A DNA stretch of 64,000 nucleotides from Heterodontus francisci (lineage: Eukaryota). A program made the position numbers and the translations under genes. Location of the stretch: the NCBI RefSeq assembly GCF_036365525.1, contig NC_090404.1:34586236-34650235 (forward strand), given 5' to 3'. This document shows, in pieces, positions 26,495 to 40,030 of the stretch (the stretch's first letter is position 1; every line of letters starts with the position of its first letter). Below the pieces are notes generated by a model that was given only the letters and a program-made list of their open reading frames with translations, was not told the DNA's origin and ran no database searches.

Positions 26495-28893
26495 TACATT
26501 ACTCTACCCCCCTCACTCACTCTAACCTGTCCCCCTCTGAACTTGAGGCACTCCGTTCTCTCAGGTCTAACCCCGACATGGTCATCAAACCTGCAGACAA
26601 GGGTGGTGCTGTTGTTGTATGGCGTACCGACCTCTACCTTGCAGAAGCTCAACGCCAACTCACAGACACCTCTTCCTACCTCCCTCTGGACCATGACCCC
26701 ACCACCGAACATCAAGCCAGCGTCCAAAGGACTGTCACTGACCACATCTCCTCTGGAGATCTTCCCTCCACGGCTTCCGACCTCATAGTCCCACAACCCC
26801 GGACAGCCTGCTTCTACCTCCTTCCCAAAATCCACAAACGGGACTGTCCCGGCAGACCCATTGTTTCAGCCTGCTCCTGCCCCACTGAACTTATTTCTTC
26901 CGATCCAGACTCTATCTTTTCTCCGCTGGTCCAGTCTCTTCCCACCTACATCCGTGACTCTTCTGACGCCCTACGTCATTTTGACAATTTCCAGTTTCCT
27001 GGTCCCAACCGCCTCCTCTTCACTGTGGACGTCCAATCGCCCTACACCTCCATCCCCCACCAGGATGGTTGGAGGGCTCTCCGCTTCTTCCTGGAACAGA
27101 GGCCCAACCAGTCCCCATCCACCACCACCCTCCTCCACCTCGCTGAACTTGTTCTCACATTGAACAACTTCTTCTTCAACTCCACGCACTTCCTTCAAGT
27201 AAAAGGTGTCGCTATGGGTACCCGCATGGGTCCTAGTTATGCCTGTCTTTTTGTGGGATATGTCGAGCATTCTTTGTTCCAGTCCTACTCAGGCCTCCCT
27301 CCCCCAACTCTTTTTCCGGTACATTGATGACTGTATCGGTGCCGTTTCCTGCTCCCGCACCGAACTAGAAAACGTTATCAACTTTGCTTCCAATTTCCAC
27401 CCTTCTCTCACCTTTACATGGTCCATCTCTGACACTTCCCTTCCCTTCCTCGACTTCTCTGTCTCCATCTCTGGGGATAGGTTGTCTACTAATATCCATT
27501 ATAAGCCCACCGACTCCCACAGCTACCTCGACTACACTTCTTCACACCCTACCTCCTGTAAGGACTCCATTCCATTCTCCCAGTTTCTCCGTCTCCGACG
27601 CATCTGCTCTGATGATGCTACCTTCCATGACATGCTTCTGATATGACCTCCTTTTTCCTCAACCGAGGATTTCCCCCCACTGTGGTTGACAGGGCCCTCA
27701 ACTGTGTCCGACCCATTCCCCGCACCTCTACCCTCACCCCTTCCCCTCCCTCCCTGAACCGTGACAGGGTTCCCCTTGTCCTCACTTTTCATCCCCCCAG
27801 CCTCCATATCCAAAGGATCATCCTCTGCCATTTTCGCCACCTCCAGCGTGATGCCACTACCAGTCGCATCTTCCCCTCCCTTCCCCTGTCAGCATTCCGA
27901 AGGGATCGTTCCCTCCGTGACACCCTGGTCCACCCCTCCATTACCCCCACCACCTCGTCCCCGTCCCAGGGCACCTTCCCCTGCAATCGCAGGAGGTGTA
28001 ATACCTGCCCATTTACCTCCTCTCTCCTCACTATCCCAGGCCCCAAACACTCCTTTCAGGTGAAGCAGCGATTTACTTGTACTTCTTTCAATGTAGTATA
28101 CTGTATTAGCTGCTCACAGTGTGGTCTCCTCTACATTGGGGAGACCAAGCGCAGACTGGGTGACCGCTTTGCGGAACATCTCTGCTCAGTCCGCAAGCAG
28201 CACCCTGAGCTTCCGGTTGCTCGCCATTTCAACACTCCCCCCTGCTCTCATGCTCACATCTCTGTCCTGGGATTGCTGCAGTGTTCCAGTGAACATCAAT
28301 GCAAGCTCGAGGAACAGCATCTCATCTACCGATTAGGCACACTACAGCCTGCCGGACTGAACGTTAAGTTCAATAATTTCAGAGCATGACAGCCCCCCAT
28401 TTTACTTTCATTTTTAGTTATTTTTTCTTCCTTTTTTTTCCATTCTTTTTACATTTTTTACAATCTTTTTTTGCATTTATTTCATTTCATCTTAGTTTGT
28501 TCAGTTTGCTTACCCACTGTTTTTTTCAGGTTTTTTGTCAGGTTTGCACTTGCTGCTGTTCAATATTCAGTTTATTCACACCTAATCTCTCCCAATGTTT
28601 TGTCTTTCAACACACCATTAACATATTGTTTGCCTGTTCCCCGTGACCTTTTGGTCAGCTATGTGGCCTGGTCCAATCTACACCTTCTCCTTTGCTATCT
28701 CTTGCCCCAGCCCCACCTCACTTGCTTATAATCTGTGACTTTTCTAATATTTGTCAGTTCCGAAGAAGGGTCACTGACCCGAAACGTTAACTCTGCTTCT
28801 CTTTCCACAGATGTTGCCAGACCTGCTGAGTGATTCCAGCATTTCTTGTTTTTGTTTCAGATTTCCAGCATCCACAGTATTTTGCTTTTATTA
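26495..28893 (+). mobile_element. Penelope-like retroelement (RT + GIY-YIG), 5'-truncated, 13-bp TSD
   Basis: ORFs 26578-27327, 27206-27646 and 27643-28389: IKPADKGG, YLLPKIHK, PGRPIVS, GVAMG, RYIDD, YKPTDSHSYL, VVYCISC..C...YIGETKR. TSD TAAAGGTAACAGG at 26482-26494 and 28894-28906. Confidence 0.93.
28756..28792 (+). ncRNA. Minimal hammerhead-ribozyme-like motif in the Penelope 3' repeat
   Basis: agtt-CCGAAGA-A-GGGTC act GACCC-GAAA-C-GTT-aact: stem I agtt/aact, stem II GGGTC/GACCC, palindromic ACGT stem III. The core has C in place of the U of CUGANGA. Confidence 0.55.
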
Positions 28894-31800
28894 TAAAGGT
28901 AACAGGGTTGTGGTTGTGGGTGATTTTAACTTCCCCAATATTGACTGGGACTCACTTAGTGCTAGGGGCTTGGCTGGGGCAGAATTTGTGAGGAGCATCC
29001 AGGAGGGCTTCTTGAAACAGTATATAGACAGTCCAACTAGGGATGGGGCCATTCTGGACCTGGTATTGGGGAATGAGCCCGGCCAGGTGGTCGAAGTTTC
29101 AGTGGGGGCGTATTTCGGGAGCAGTGACCAAAATTCCATAAGTTTTAAGGTACTTGTGGATAAGGATAAGAGTAGTCCTCGGGTGAAGGTGCTAAATTGG
29201 GGGAAGGCTAATTATAACAATATTCGTCAGGAACTGAAGAATTTCGATTGGGAGCGGCTGTTTGAGGCTAAATCAACATCTGACATGTGGGAGTCTTTCA
29301 AACATCAGCTGATTAGAATCCAAGACCAGCATGTTCCTGTGAGGAAGAAAGACAAGTTTGGCAAGTTTCGGGAAGCTTGGATAACACGGGATATTGTGAG
29401 CCTCGTCAAAAAGAAAAAGGAAGCATTTGTAACGGCTGGAAGGCTAGGAACAGATGAAGCACTTGAGGAATATAAAGAAAGTGGAAAGAAACGTAAGCAA
29501 GGAGTTAGGAGGGCTAAAAAGGGTCATGAAAAGTCATTGGCAAACAGGATTAAGGAAAATCCCAAGGCTTTTTACACATATATAAAGAGCAAGAGGGTAA
29601 CCCACTCAAGGACAGAGATGGGAATCTATGTGTGGAGCCAGAGGAAATGGGCGAGGTGCTAAATGAGCACTTTGCATCAGTATTCACCAAAGAGAAGGAC
29701 TTGGTGGATGATGAGCCCAGGGAAGGGAGTGCAGAGAGTCTCAGTCATATCATTATCAAAAAGGAGGAGGTGTTGGGTCTTGCAAAGCATTAAGGTAGAT
29801 AAATCCCCAGGGCCTGATGGGATCTACCCTAGAATACTGAGGGAGGCAAGGGAAGAAATTGCTGGGGCCTTGACAGAAATCTTTGCATCCTCATTGGCTA
29901 CAGGTGAGGTCCCAGAGGAATGCAGAATCGCCAATGTTGTTCCTTTGTTTAAAAAGGGTGGTAAGGATAATCCAGGAAATTATAGGCCGGTGAGCCTTAC
30001 GTCAGTGGTAGGGAAACTATTAGAGAGGATTATTCGGGACAGGATTTACTCCCATTTGGAAACAAACGAAATTATTCGCGAGAAACAGCATGGTTTTGTG
30101 AAGGGGAGATCGTGTCTTACTAATTTGATTGATTTTTTTGAGGAAGTGACGAAGATGATTGATGAAGGAAGGGCAGTGGATGTCATCTATGTGGACTTTA
30201 GTAAAGCCTTTGACAAGGTCCCACATGGCAGACTGGTACAAAAGGTGAAGTCACACGGGATCAGAGATGAGCTGAAAAGATGGAAACAGAACTGGCTCGT
30301 TCATAGACGACAGAGGGTATCACTGGATGGGTGTTTTTCTGAATGGAGGGATGTGACTAGTGGTGTTCCGTCGGGATCAGTGCTGGGACCTTTGCTGTTT
30401 GTAGTATATATAAATGATTTGGAGGAAAATGTTGCTGGTCTGATTAGTAAGTTTGCGAATGACACAAAGGTTGGTGGAGTTGTGGATAATGATGAGGATT
30501 GTCAGAGGATACAGCAGGATATAGATGGGTTGGCGACTTGGGCGGAGAAATGGCAGATGGTGTTTAATCCGGACAAATGTGAGGTAATGCATTTTGGAAG
30601 GTCTAATGCAGGTGGGAGGTATACAGTAAATGGCAGAACCCTTAGGAGTATTGACAGGCAGAGAGATCTGGGCGTACAGGTCCACAGGTCACTGAAAGTG
30701 GCAACGCAGGTGGATAAGGTAGTCAAGAAGGCATACGGCATGCTTGCCTTCATCGGTCGGGGCATAGAGTACAAAAATTGGCAAGTCATGTTGCAGCTGT
30801 ACAGAAACTTAGTTAGGCCACACTTAGAATATTGTGTGCAATGCTGGTCGCCACACTACCAGAAGAATGTGGAAGCTTTGGAGAGGGTACAGAGGAGGTT
30901 TACCAGGATGTTGCCTGGTCTGGAGGGCATTAGCTATGAGGAGAGGTTGGAAAAACTCGGATTGTTTTCACTGGAACGACGGAGGTGGATTGGCGACATC
31001 ATGGAGGTTTACAAAGTTAAGAGCGGCATGGACAGAGTGGATAGTCAGAAGCTTTTTCCCAGGGTGGAAGTGTCAGTTACTAGGGGACATAGGTTTAAGG
31101 TGAGAGGGGCAGAGTTTAGACGGGATGTGCGAGGCACGTTCTTTACACAGAGGGTGGTGAGTGCCTGGAACTTGCTGCCAGGGGAGGTGGTGGAAACAGA
31201 TACTATAGCGATGTTTAAGAGACATCTTGACAAATATATGAATAGGAAGGGAATAGAGGGATATGGGCCCTGGAAGTGCAGAAGGTTTTAGTTTCGGCAG
31301 GCATCAAGATCAGCGCAGGCTTGCAGGGCCGAATGGCCTGTTCCTGTGCTGAACTGTTCTTTGTTCTTTGTGCATCTGATCCTGCACCCCTCTCAAAGTA
31401 GCAAAATTTATATTCTACTGCCTCTCCATGTGGCTACTCCGAAACTGTAGAACTTCACATTTATCTGCATTAAACTGCATCTCCCATGCGCCTGCTCCTT
31501 TCACCAATCTGTCTAGGCGCTACTCAAGTCTGCTGCCACCATGCTCACTATTTACTACGTTGTCAAGTTTCGCATAGTCGGCAAGTTTCCAAATTGGACT
31601 CCCAATACTCAAGTCTCGGTCTCTTATATATCACAATGTTACTCTAATCAATCTTCTTATTGTTCAATTGAGTCATGGAAGTCAGTCAATGATTCAATTG
31701 CTTTTAAAAAAAATGTCAGCATGAAAGCAATTTCCAAGCAGAGTGTTGTTAACAGGTAGGATGCACTTGAATGTGAGCTTGCATTGCTTTTGTCTGTCAT

Positions 31801-32219
31801 CCAAAGGAAAAGTGGCTATTGAATTCATTATGCTTATCAAACTGCACCTGTTCCTTATACAGTAATCTCTTGTCTAATTTTGAGTAACTTCAGTCCATTA
31901 TTAACCTTCAGCACACATCCATATTTTTTTCCAAGGGACCTAGAAAATGTTTTTTTTATACATTGTTAGAGAATCGTTTCGGTTTTAGTGTCCTTGCTTT
32001 GTTTTGGCTCGTACCTAACTTAGGACTTATGAGCTATCAACAAACAAGAAAAACAATTGTCATAATAGCAATCCTGAAAGCCACACTGCATACATTTCTT
32101 CAGTCAAAAATGTGGGCGTTTCAAAAAACAGGATAAATATTGCAACTGAAAATAAGGGTAGTGCATACCTGTTGAATAATTGCTTTTTACAGCCTCACAG
32201 AACAGGAAAGGGATAATAT

Positions 32220-33810
32220 AACTGACATTCCAGGGACATTAATAATAAATAAGGGAATGGGACTCATGAAATTTAAGGTAAGTAAGTTTAGAGTGTTTCC
32301 CCAAAAAAGTGTTGAAGACTGAAAAATCCCCAAGGACCGAATGGTTTTTAATCCCATGGTTTTAATTAGAAACAGGTGAAGATATTATAGATGCTTCAAC
32401 GATAACCTTCCAAAACTCTCTTGATTGAGGAATTGTTCATTTAAATTGGAAAATTGCAAATAATGTCCATTATTTTTGAAAGGTGAGAGAAAGAGACCTA
32501 TTGTGGGAAGGTATTAGCATCTATAATTTCGGAGAGTGATTGCGGTCATAGAGAAATTTGAGCTGATTAGAAAAAAGCCTGTGAAAGGTAGGCGATATAT
32601 AACGAACCTAATTATAATAACTAAAGTATTAACAGGGGAACAGCTATGGATGTAGTTACTATCAACTTCCATAAGACATTTGATAAGCTTCCACATAAGA
32701 GACTGTTGGATACAAAATAATGCACAGGGAATGGAAGGTGACGTGGTTAGGAGGTTAGTTAGGAGGTGGAGCACAGAAAGTAGGGACACTGGGTATCACC
32801 TCTCATTGGAAATAACTGACAATGAGATCCCACAAGTCTCTGTCTGGGGCCTCAACTGTTCACTATATTTGTTCATGATGTGGATAAAACAAGTGAGAGT
32901 CATATATGGAAGTTATCCGATGACACCAAGTTTGGTGATATAGTACGTGGTGCAGACAGGAGCATACAGTTACATATAGACATTGATAGGTTCAGTGAGA
33001 GAGTGAAACTGTGGCAGATGGGGTTCAACACAGGCACCTGGGAATTCAATCATTTCCAACCAAAGACGGATAGATTTGAGTACTATTTATCTCGGAATAT
33101 TGCAGGTCTATTGAGTTTTAAAGGTTTGTGTGCACAGTCCACTAACATATAGTAGTCACGTACAAAAATAATCATAAAAGCTAATGGGATGATATATATT
33201 TTAACTTGAGGGCTAGAAAATAAAGGATAGGACTTTTTGTTACAGCGTGATAAATCCCTGTTTACAATACATCTGGAATACTGCGTATAGATGTTGGCAC
33301 CACAACTGAGAAAGAATATACTGACCTTTGAAGATGTAAAGCACAAATTCACAAGAACGTTTACCAACGCTCCAAGGATTAGATTATATGAAGAGATTAA
33401 ATAAATCCGGTGTTTAATCTCTTGAATATAAAAGTTTACGTGGCGATTTTATTGGTATTTTGAAAGGAAGTGGTAGGGTTGTATAGAAGAAAACTATTTC
33501 CATCAGAAGGAGCGTCTCCGACACGGGACAGGATCTTAAAATTCAGAGACAGGTCATTCAGAAGAGAGGTGAGAAAACACTTCACACAAAGCGTGTTAGA
33601 AGTGTAGAATTCTCTCCCACAAAAAAAGATGCTCACTCAATTAATAATTTGAGATCTGAAATCGGTAGATATATTCATTTATGCAAAACGTTGCAAAACA
33701 AATTCAGCCAAAGTGAATGGATGGAATTAAGATGCAAATCATCCATGATCTCAGTAAATAGCAGCACAGGCTCGATGGGCTGAATAGTTTACTTCTGCTC
33801 CTATGTCCTT
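32220..33810 (+). mobile_element. Old CR1 RT-to-tail fragment
   Basis: Degenerate KLSDDTKFG and LWQMGFN motifs and a 3' tail ending cctatgtccttatg. Confidence 0.7.
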
Positions 33811-34200
33811 ATGCAACAATCCAGGCCAAAATTAACCCCACAGCCCTCTATCAATCCTATACTAATCGCACTGACTTGTTCTCTACGTTGTCCTGTATCA
33901 ATCCAAAACTAAATATATTCACACGCTCTGCCCCCTCCTGTAGCTACGTATTAATAATAAACGAGTCCCACTGTCACACCTTTACCCCATAGTTTGATAT
34001 CAATCTCATACTAATTTCACAGCACAGCGCTCTCCGCATGGCTCTACATCAATTGTATACTAATCCCACTGACCTGCTCTCGTCAAGTATTTCTGAATAA
34101 ATCCAAACTAAACCTACATCATCTCTATCACTCCCCGTAGTCCATTATTAATCATAAAACCCCAGTGCCTCATTCGCTCCCCATAGATTGGCATCAATTG
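33810..34200. repeat. Degenerate ~47-bp minisatellite, block 3
   Basis: Same unit (atactaatcccactgacctgctctc, ccccatag...atcaatc). Confidence 0.7.
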
Positions 34201-34204
34201 CAAA

Positions 34205-37200
34205 AAAGTATACCATTTTAGATACTGTTGGGGGGAACGACCAACCAGGGGAAAGCCACAGCGGCCAGGTCTCTGGCACTGAGCCTGGCTCTGTGGCTCA
34301 GAAGGGAAGGGGGAGAATAGGAGAGCTATCGTGATAGGAGATTCAATGGTTAGAGGAACAGACAGGAGATTCTGTGGTCACGAATGAGACTCCCGGATGG
34401 TATGTTGCCTCCCGGGTGCCAGGGTCAGGGATGTCTCGGATCGAGTCTACAGGATTCTTAAGGGGAAGGGGGAGCAGCCAGAAGTCATGGTACACATCGG
34501 TACCAATGACATAGCTAGGAAAAGGGATGAGGACCTGAAAAGCGAATATAGGGAGTTCGGTTGGAAGCTGAAAAGCAGGACGGGCAGAGTAGGAATCTCA
34601 GGATTGATACCGGTACCACGTGCTAGTGAGGCTAGAAACGGAGAGCGAGTGCAGCTGAACACGTGGCTACAGAGCTGGTGCAGGAGGGAGGGCTTCAGCT
34701 ATGTGGATCATTGGGATACCTTCTGGGGAAGGTGGGACCTGTACAAGAAGAACGGGTTGCATCTGAACTGGAGGGGCAACAATATCCTGGGTGGGAGGTT
34801 TGCTAGAGCTCTTCGGGAGGGTTTAAACTAGTTTGGCAGGGGGATGGGAAATGGAGCTACGGAACAGTGGATGGGGTAACTGTTGAACAGGCAGATACAG
34901 AGTGCAGAGAGTCTGTGAGGAAGATTTGACAGTTGACAGGGCAAAGCTGCAACCAGTATGATGGGTTGAAGTGTGTCTATTTTAACGCAAGAAGTGTCAG
35001 AAATAAGGGTGATGAACTTAGAGCATGGATCAGTACTTGGAGCTACGATGTTGTGGCCATTGCGGAGACTTGGATATCACAGGGGCAGGAATGGATGTTG
35101 GATGTTCCGGGGATTTAGATGTTTCAAAGGGAATAGGGAGGGAGGTAAAAGAGGTGGGGGAGTGGCATTGCTAATCAGGGATAGTATCACAGCTGCAGAA
35201 AGGGAGGTTGTCGAGGAGGGTTTGTCTACTGAGTCAGTATGGGTGGAAGTCAGAAAAGGAAAGGAGCAGTCACTTTATTAGGAGTTTTCTATAGACCCCC
35301 CAATAGCAGCAGAGACACGGAGGAACAGATTTGGAGGCAAATTTTGGAAAGGTGCAGAAGTAACAGGGTTGTTGTCATGGGTGACTTCAACTTCCCTAAT
35401 ATTGATTGGAACCTCTTTCGTGCAAATAGTTTGGATGGAGCAGATTTTGTCAGGTGTGTCCAGGAAGGTTTCCTGACTCAATATGTAGATAGGTCAACTA
35501 GAGGGGAGGCTATGTTGGATTTGGTGCTTGGCAACGAACCAGGCCAGGTGGCAGATCTCTCAGTGGGAGAGCATTTCGGTGATAGTGATCACAACTCCCT
35601 GACCTTTACTATAGTCATGGAGAGGGACAGGAGCAGACGGGATGGGAAAATATTTAATTGGGAGAGAGGGAATTACAATGCTATTAGGCAGGAACTGGGG
35701 AGCTTAAGTTGGGAACAGATGTTTTCAGGGAAATGCACGACAGAAATGTGGAGGTTGTTTGGGAGCACTTGCTGCGACGAATGGACAGGTTTGTCCCGGT
35801 GAGGCAATGAAGGGATGGTAGGGTGAAGGAACCTTGGATGACAAGAGATGTGGAACAGCTGGTCAAGAGGAAGAAGAAAGCTTACTTAAGGTTGAGGAAG
35901 CAAGGATCAGACAGGGCTCTAGAGGGTTACAAGGTAGCCAGGAAGGAACTGAAGAATGGACTTAGGAGAGCTAGAAGGGGACATGAAAAAGTCTTGGTGG
36001 GTAGGATTAAGGAAATTCCCAAGGCGTTCTACACTTATGTGAGGAACAAGCGGATGGCCAGTGCGAGGGTAGGGCCGATCAGGGATAGTGGAGGAAATTG
36101 TGCCTGGAGTCGGAGGAGGTAGGGGAAGTCCTTAATGAATACTTTGCTTCAGTAACCACTAGTGAGAGGGACCTGGTCGTTTGTGAGGACAGCGTGAAAC
36201 AGACTGATATGCTAGAACAGGTTAATGTTAAGAAGGAGGATGTGCTGGAAATTTTGAAAGACATGAGGATAGATAAGTCCGCGGGGCCAGACGGGATATA
36301 CCCAAGGTTGTAACGAGAAGTGAGGTAAGAGATTGCCGCGCCTTTGGCGATGATCTTTGCGACCTCACTGTCCACATGAGTAGTACCAGGTGATTGGAGG
36401 GTGGCAAATGTTATTCCCTTGTTCAAGTAAGGAATAGGGATAACCCTGGGAATTACAGACCAGTCAGTCTTACGTCGGTGGTGGGCAAATTATTGGAGAG
36501 GATTCTGAGAGACAGGATTTATGATTATTTGGAAAAGCATAGTTTGATTAGAGCCAGTCAGCATGGCTTTGTGAGGGGCAGGTCATGCCTCAAAAGCCTT
36601 ATTGAATTCTTTGAGGATGTGACAAAACACATTGATGAAATAAGAGCAGTGGATGTGGTGTATATGGATTTTAGCAAGGCGTTTGATAAGGTTCCCCATG
36701 ATAGGCTCATTCAGAAAGTCAGGAGGCATGGGATACAGGGAAATTTGGCTGTCTGGATACAGAATTGGCTGGCCCATAGAAGACAGAGGGTGGTAGTCGA
36801 TGGAAGGTATTCAGCCTGGAGCTCGGTGACCAGTGGTGCTCCGCAGGGATCTGTTCTGGGACCTCTGCTCTTTGTGATTTTTATAAATGACTTGGATGAG
36901 GAAGTGGAAGGCAGGGTTAGTAAGTTTGCCGATGACATGAAGGTTGCTGGAGTTGTGGATAGTGTGGAAGGCTGTAGTACGTTGCAACGGGACATTGACA
37001 GGATGCAGAGCTGAGCTGAGAAGTGGCAGATGGAGTTCAACCTGTAAAAATGTGAAGTGATTCATTTTGGAAGGTCGAATTTAAATGCAGAATACAGGCT
37101 TAAAGACAGGATTCTTGGCAGTGTGGAGGAACAGAGGGATCTTGGGGTCCACGTCCATAGATCCCTCAAAGTTGCCACCCAAGTTGATAGGGTTGTTGAG

Positions 37201-37823
37201 AAGGCGTATGGGGTGTTGGCTTTCATTAACAGGGGGATTGAGTTTCAGAGCCGTGAGGTTCTGCTGCACCTCTATAAAGCCCTGGTTAGACCACACTTGG
37301 AATATTGTGTTCAGTTCTGGTCGCCTCATTATAGGAAGGATGTGGAAGCTTTGGAGAGGGTGCAGAGGAGATTTACCAGGATGCTGCCTGGACTGGAGGG
37401 CATGTCTTATGAAGAAAGGTTGCGGGAGCTAGGGCTTTTCTCATTGGAGCGAAGAAGGATGAGAGGTGACTTGATAGAGGGGTACAAGATGATGAGACAT
37501 AGATAGAGTGGATAGCCAGAGACCTTTTCCCAGGGCGGAAAGGGCTATCACCAGGGGGCATAATTTTAAGGTGATCGGAGGAAGATTTAGGGGAGATGTC
37601 AGAGGTAGGCTCTTTATACAGAAAGTGGTGAGTGTGTGGAATGCACTGCCAGCGGTGGTAGTAGAAGCAGATACATTAGGGATATTTAAGCGACTCTTGG
37701 ATAGGTACAGGGATGATAGTAGAATGAAGGGTATGTAGGTTGCTTGATCTTAGAGTAGGTTAAAGGGTCGGCACAACATCATGGGCCGAAGGGCCTGTTC
37801 TGTGCTGTACTGTTCTATGTTCT
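34205..37823 (+). mobile_element. CR1/HER1-type LINE, 5'-truncated in ORF1, defective ORF2
   Basis: Esterase (VHIGTNDI, GLHLN), APE (FNARS, YRPP, GDFNFP, SDHN) and RT (QGSVLGP, FADD), with multiple stops and frameshifts. Tail gttctatgttcta. Confidence 0.92.
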
Positions 37824-39334
37824 AAAGTGAAGGACACAAAAGCACAATGAAGAGGCTGAAAATTGCCCCTTGGAATGAGAACTCGGAATAAGGATAGAAG
37901 CGTCACTGCTAATTTTGGGATTGTTATGTGATGAATTAATAAAGACAAATAAAATGTTAGGACACATCGCAAGAGCAGTGGATGTAAATAAGGGTCTGCT
38001 GAGATTGTTGAATGAATTCCTCAGATCCAGGAAGTTTTGGATGCAGTTTTGATCACCGAGCTGAAGGAAGGATCTGCATGATGAGAAATTTAAAGGAGTT
38101 GAGATAGTTATAAGTTCAGGCTTCCATGTCCAGGGGGAAAATGTTAACAAGCATCTTATTCAATCGTGTGAAATATTAAATATTACAGAACAAGCTGAGC
38201 TCAGCAAATGACTCCAAGGTAAGTGCAGACCCACGTTGAAGATGATGAATGTAATTTCTGGCTAATTAAATCTAAGACATGCAGTGGGGTTTTGCAATTA
38301 CCTTGTGAAACAATTGCATTTCGATGTGTAACAAAATTCATACAAAATCGCTGCCTCTAATATAGTTTAAAAATAATTAATTGATTACGGATCATAGTGA
38401 TGGTGGATGAATGATGTTCCTCTCTCCAATATGTGGACGGAGACATTGCATAATTCAAGGAAATGGTTTATAGTTTCAGTTAAAGGTGGGAACGACAGCA
38501 TCGCATGGGAATGCAATTATAATTTTTCTGCCGGTATCACATACAATCATTTCAGTTATTTGACTAAATGAGGATTGTCTCCTCTGTGTTAGTGGCTGAA
38601 GGAATTTCACACGGGCACTTTAGGCATTGACTGCAATTATTCCACTGTGCAATTGCGAGGTCAATGGAAGTAGCTTGGAGAGTTTTTCGTCTGCACAACA
38701 TCGGTGCGAATTACTGCAGGGAGGAAAGTCAGGCAAGGAGGTTACAAAGCAAGGCTGGCCTGATTTTTGGTCCATTAATTCAAATGATTTTAAAATTGGG
38801 TGAAAACAGTAATGGAAGGCCAGGGGATGCTTTACACTCACGAGGTACAGAAAAAAAATCAACCTCATTTGATTTAATGTATAATATTCTGTCCACAAGA
38901 TAGTGGAGTGAAAGAAACTGAAGACATTTAAAATGTAGCCAGGGCTGGATGACTTGAGCACAGAAGTGACGATCTGCAAAGGACCACGTGGCCTTTAATT
39001 GCCCCTGATTTGTGTGTTCTTATGTAAATCCACCGGAACAGGGTAGGAAAGAGCCTCAGCTGGAGAAATATCTCCATGGTGATCTGTTTGTTTAGCCAAG
39101 AGAACCAATCAGGAAACGGATACAAGCATAAGCAACATTAACTTGCACACACTACATCCGTTCCCTTACTGAACTGACTGTAGCTTGCTCTGTGGTCTGG
39201 TGAAGAAAATCCTTCGATGAAAAGTTCAGGTGGGGAGCTCGAAGCTGGAGTATTATGTAATTTATTTTGTTGTTGCATTTTACTTGGATCGAGTGGGTGT
39301 TGCTTGGCAGTGGATCAATGTTACTTGCAATGTG

Positions 39335-40030
39335 CAAAAGTCATTGAAGGTGGCAGTACAGGTTGAGAGAGTGGTTGATAAATGATACCGTATCCTGGGC
39401 TTTATTAATAGGGACAGAGAGTACAAGAGCAAGGAAATTATGTTGAACTTATAAAAGACACTAGTTCGGCCTCAGCTGGAGTATTGTGTCTAATTCTGAG
39501 AGTCTCACTTTAGGAGAGACGTGAGGACATTGAAGAGAGTACAGAAAAGATTCACGAGAATGGTTCCAGGGATGAGGAAGTTCAGTTATGAAGATAGATC
39601 ACAGAGGTTAGGACTGTTTTCCTTTGAGGAGAGAAGGTTGAGAGGTGATTTGATAGAGGTATTCAAAATCATGAGGAGTTTGGACAGAGTAGATAGAGAG
39701 AAACTGTTCCCACTCGTTAAAAGATCGAAAACGAAAGGGCACAGAGTTCAAGTATTTGGTAAGAGAAAAGAAAGTGACATGAGGAAAAACTTTTTCATGC
39801 AGCAAGTGGATAAGTTCTGGAATGTTCCGCCTGACAGTGTGGTGGAGGCAGGTTTAATTGAAGCATTTAAAAGGGAATTAGACAGTTATATGAAAAGGAA
39901 GAATGTACAGGATTACAGGGAGACGGCGGGGGAATGGCACTAACTGAATTGTTCTTTCGGAGAGCTGGTGCAGACACAATGGGCTGAATGGCCTCCCTCT
40001 GAGCTGTAACAATTCTGTGATTCTGTGGTT
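39335..40030 (+). mobile_element. CR1 3' fragment
   Basis: ORF 39521-39943 is the ORF2 C-terminus (RRLRGDLIEVFKI), followed by the 3' tail. Confidence 0.88.

Larger units (their letters stand above)
24830..31370 (+). mobile_element. Near full-length CR1/HER1-type LINE (defective), interrupted by a Penelope-like element
   Basis: ORF1 from ~25041: CxxC...HICRKC zinc finger plus SGNH esterase (GDS, PGA, VHIGTNDI). ORF2: APE (FNARS, GVYYRPP, GDFNFP) and RT (ORF 29663-31291: [28 protein letters not shown]). Tail (gttcttt)n. Contains frameshifts, and the RT motif is FAND instead of FADD. Confidence 0.93.

Noticed and set aside
29663-31291. 542-aa ORF as an active reverse transcriptase
   Set aside because: Part of a frameshifted CR1 ORF2 interrupted by a PLE, and the catalytic FADD is FAND.
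33732-33739. Perfect octamer ATGCAAAT
   Set aside because: Lies within a LINE 3' tail with no companion motifs.
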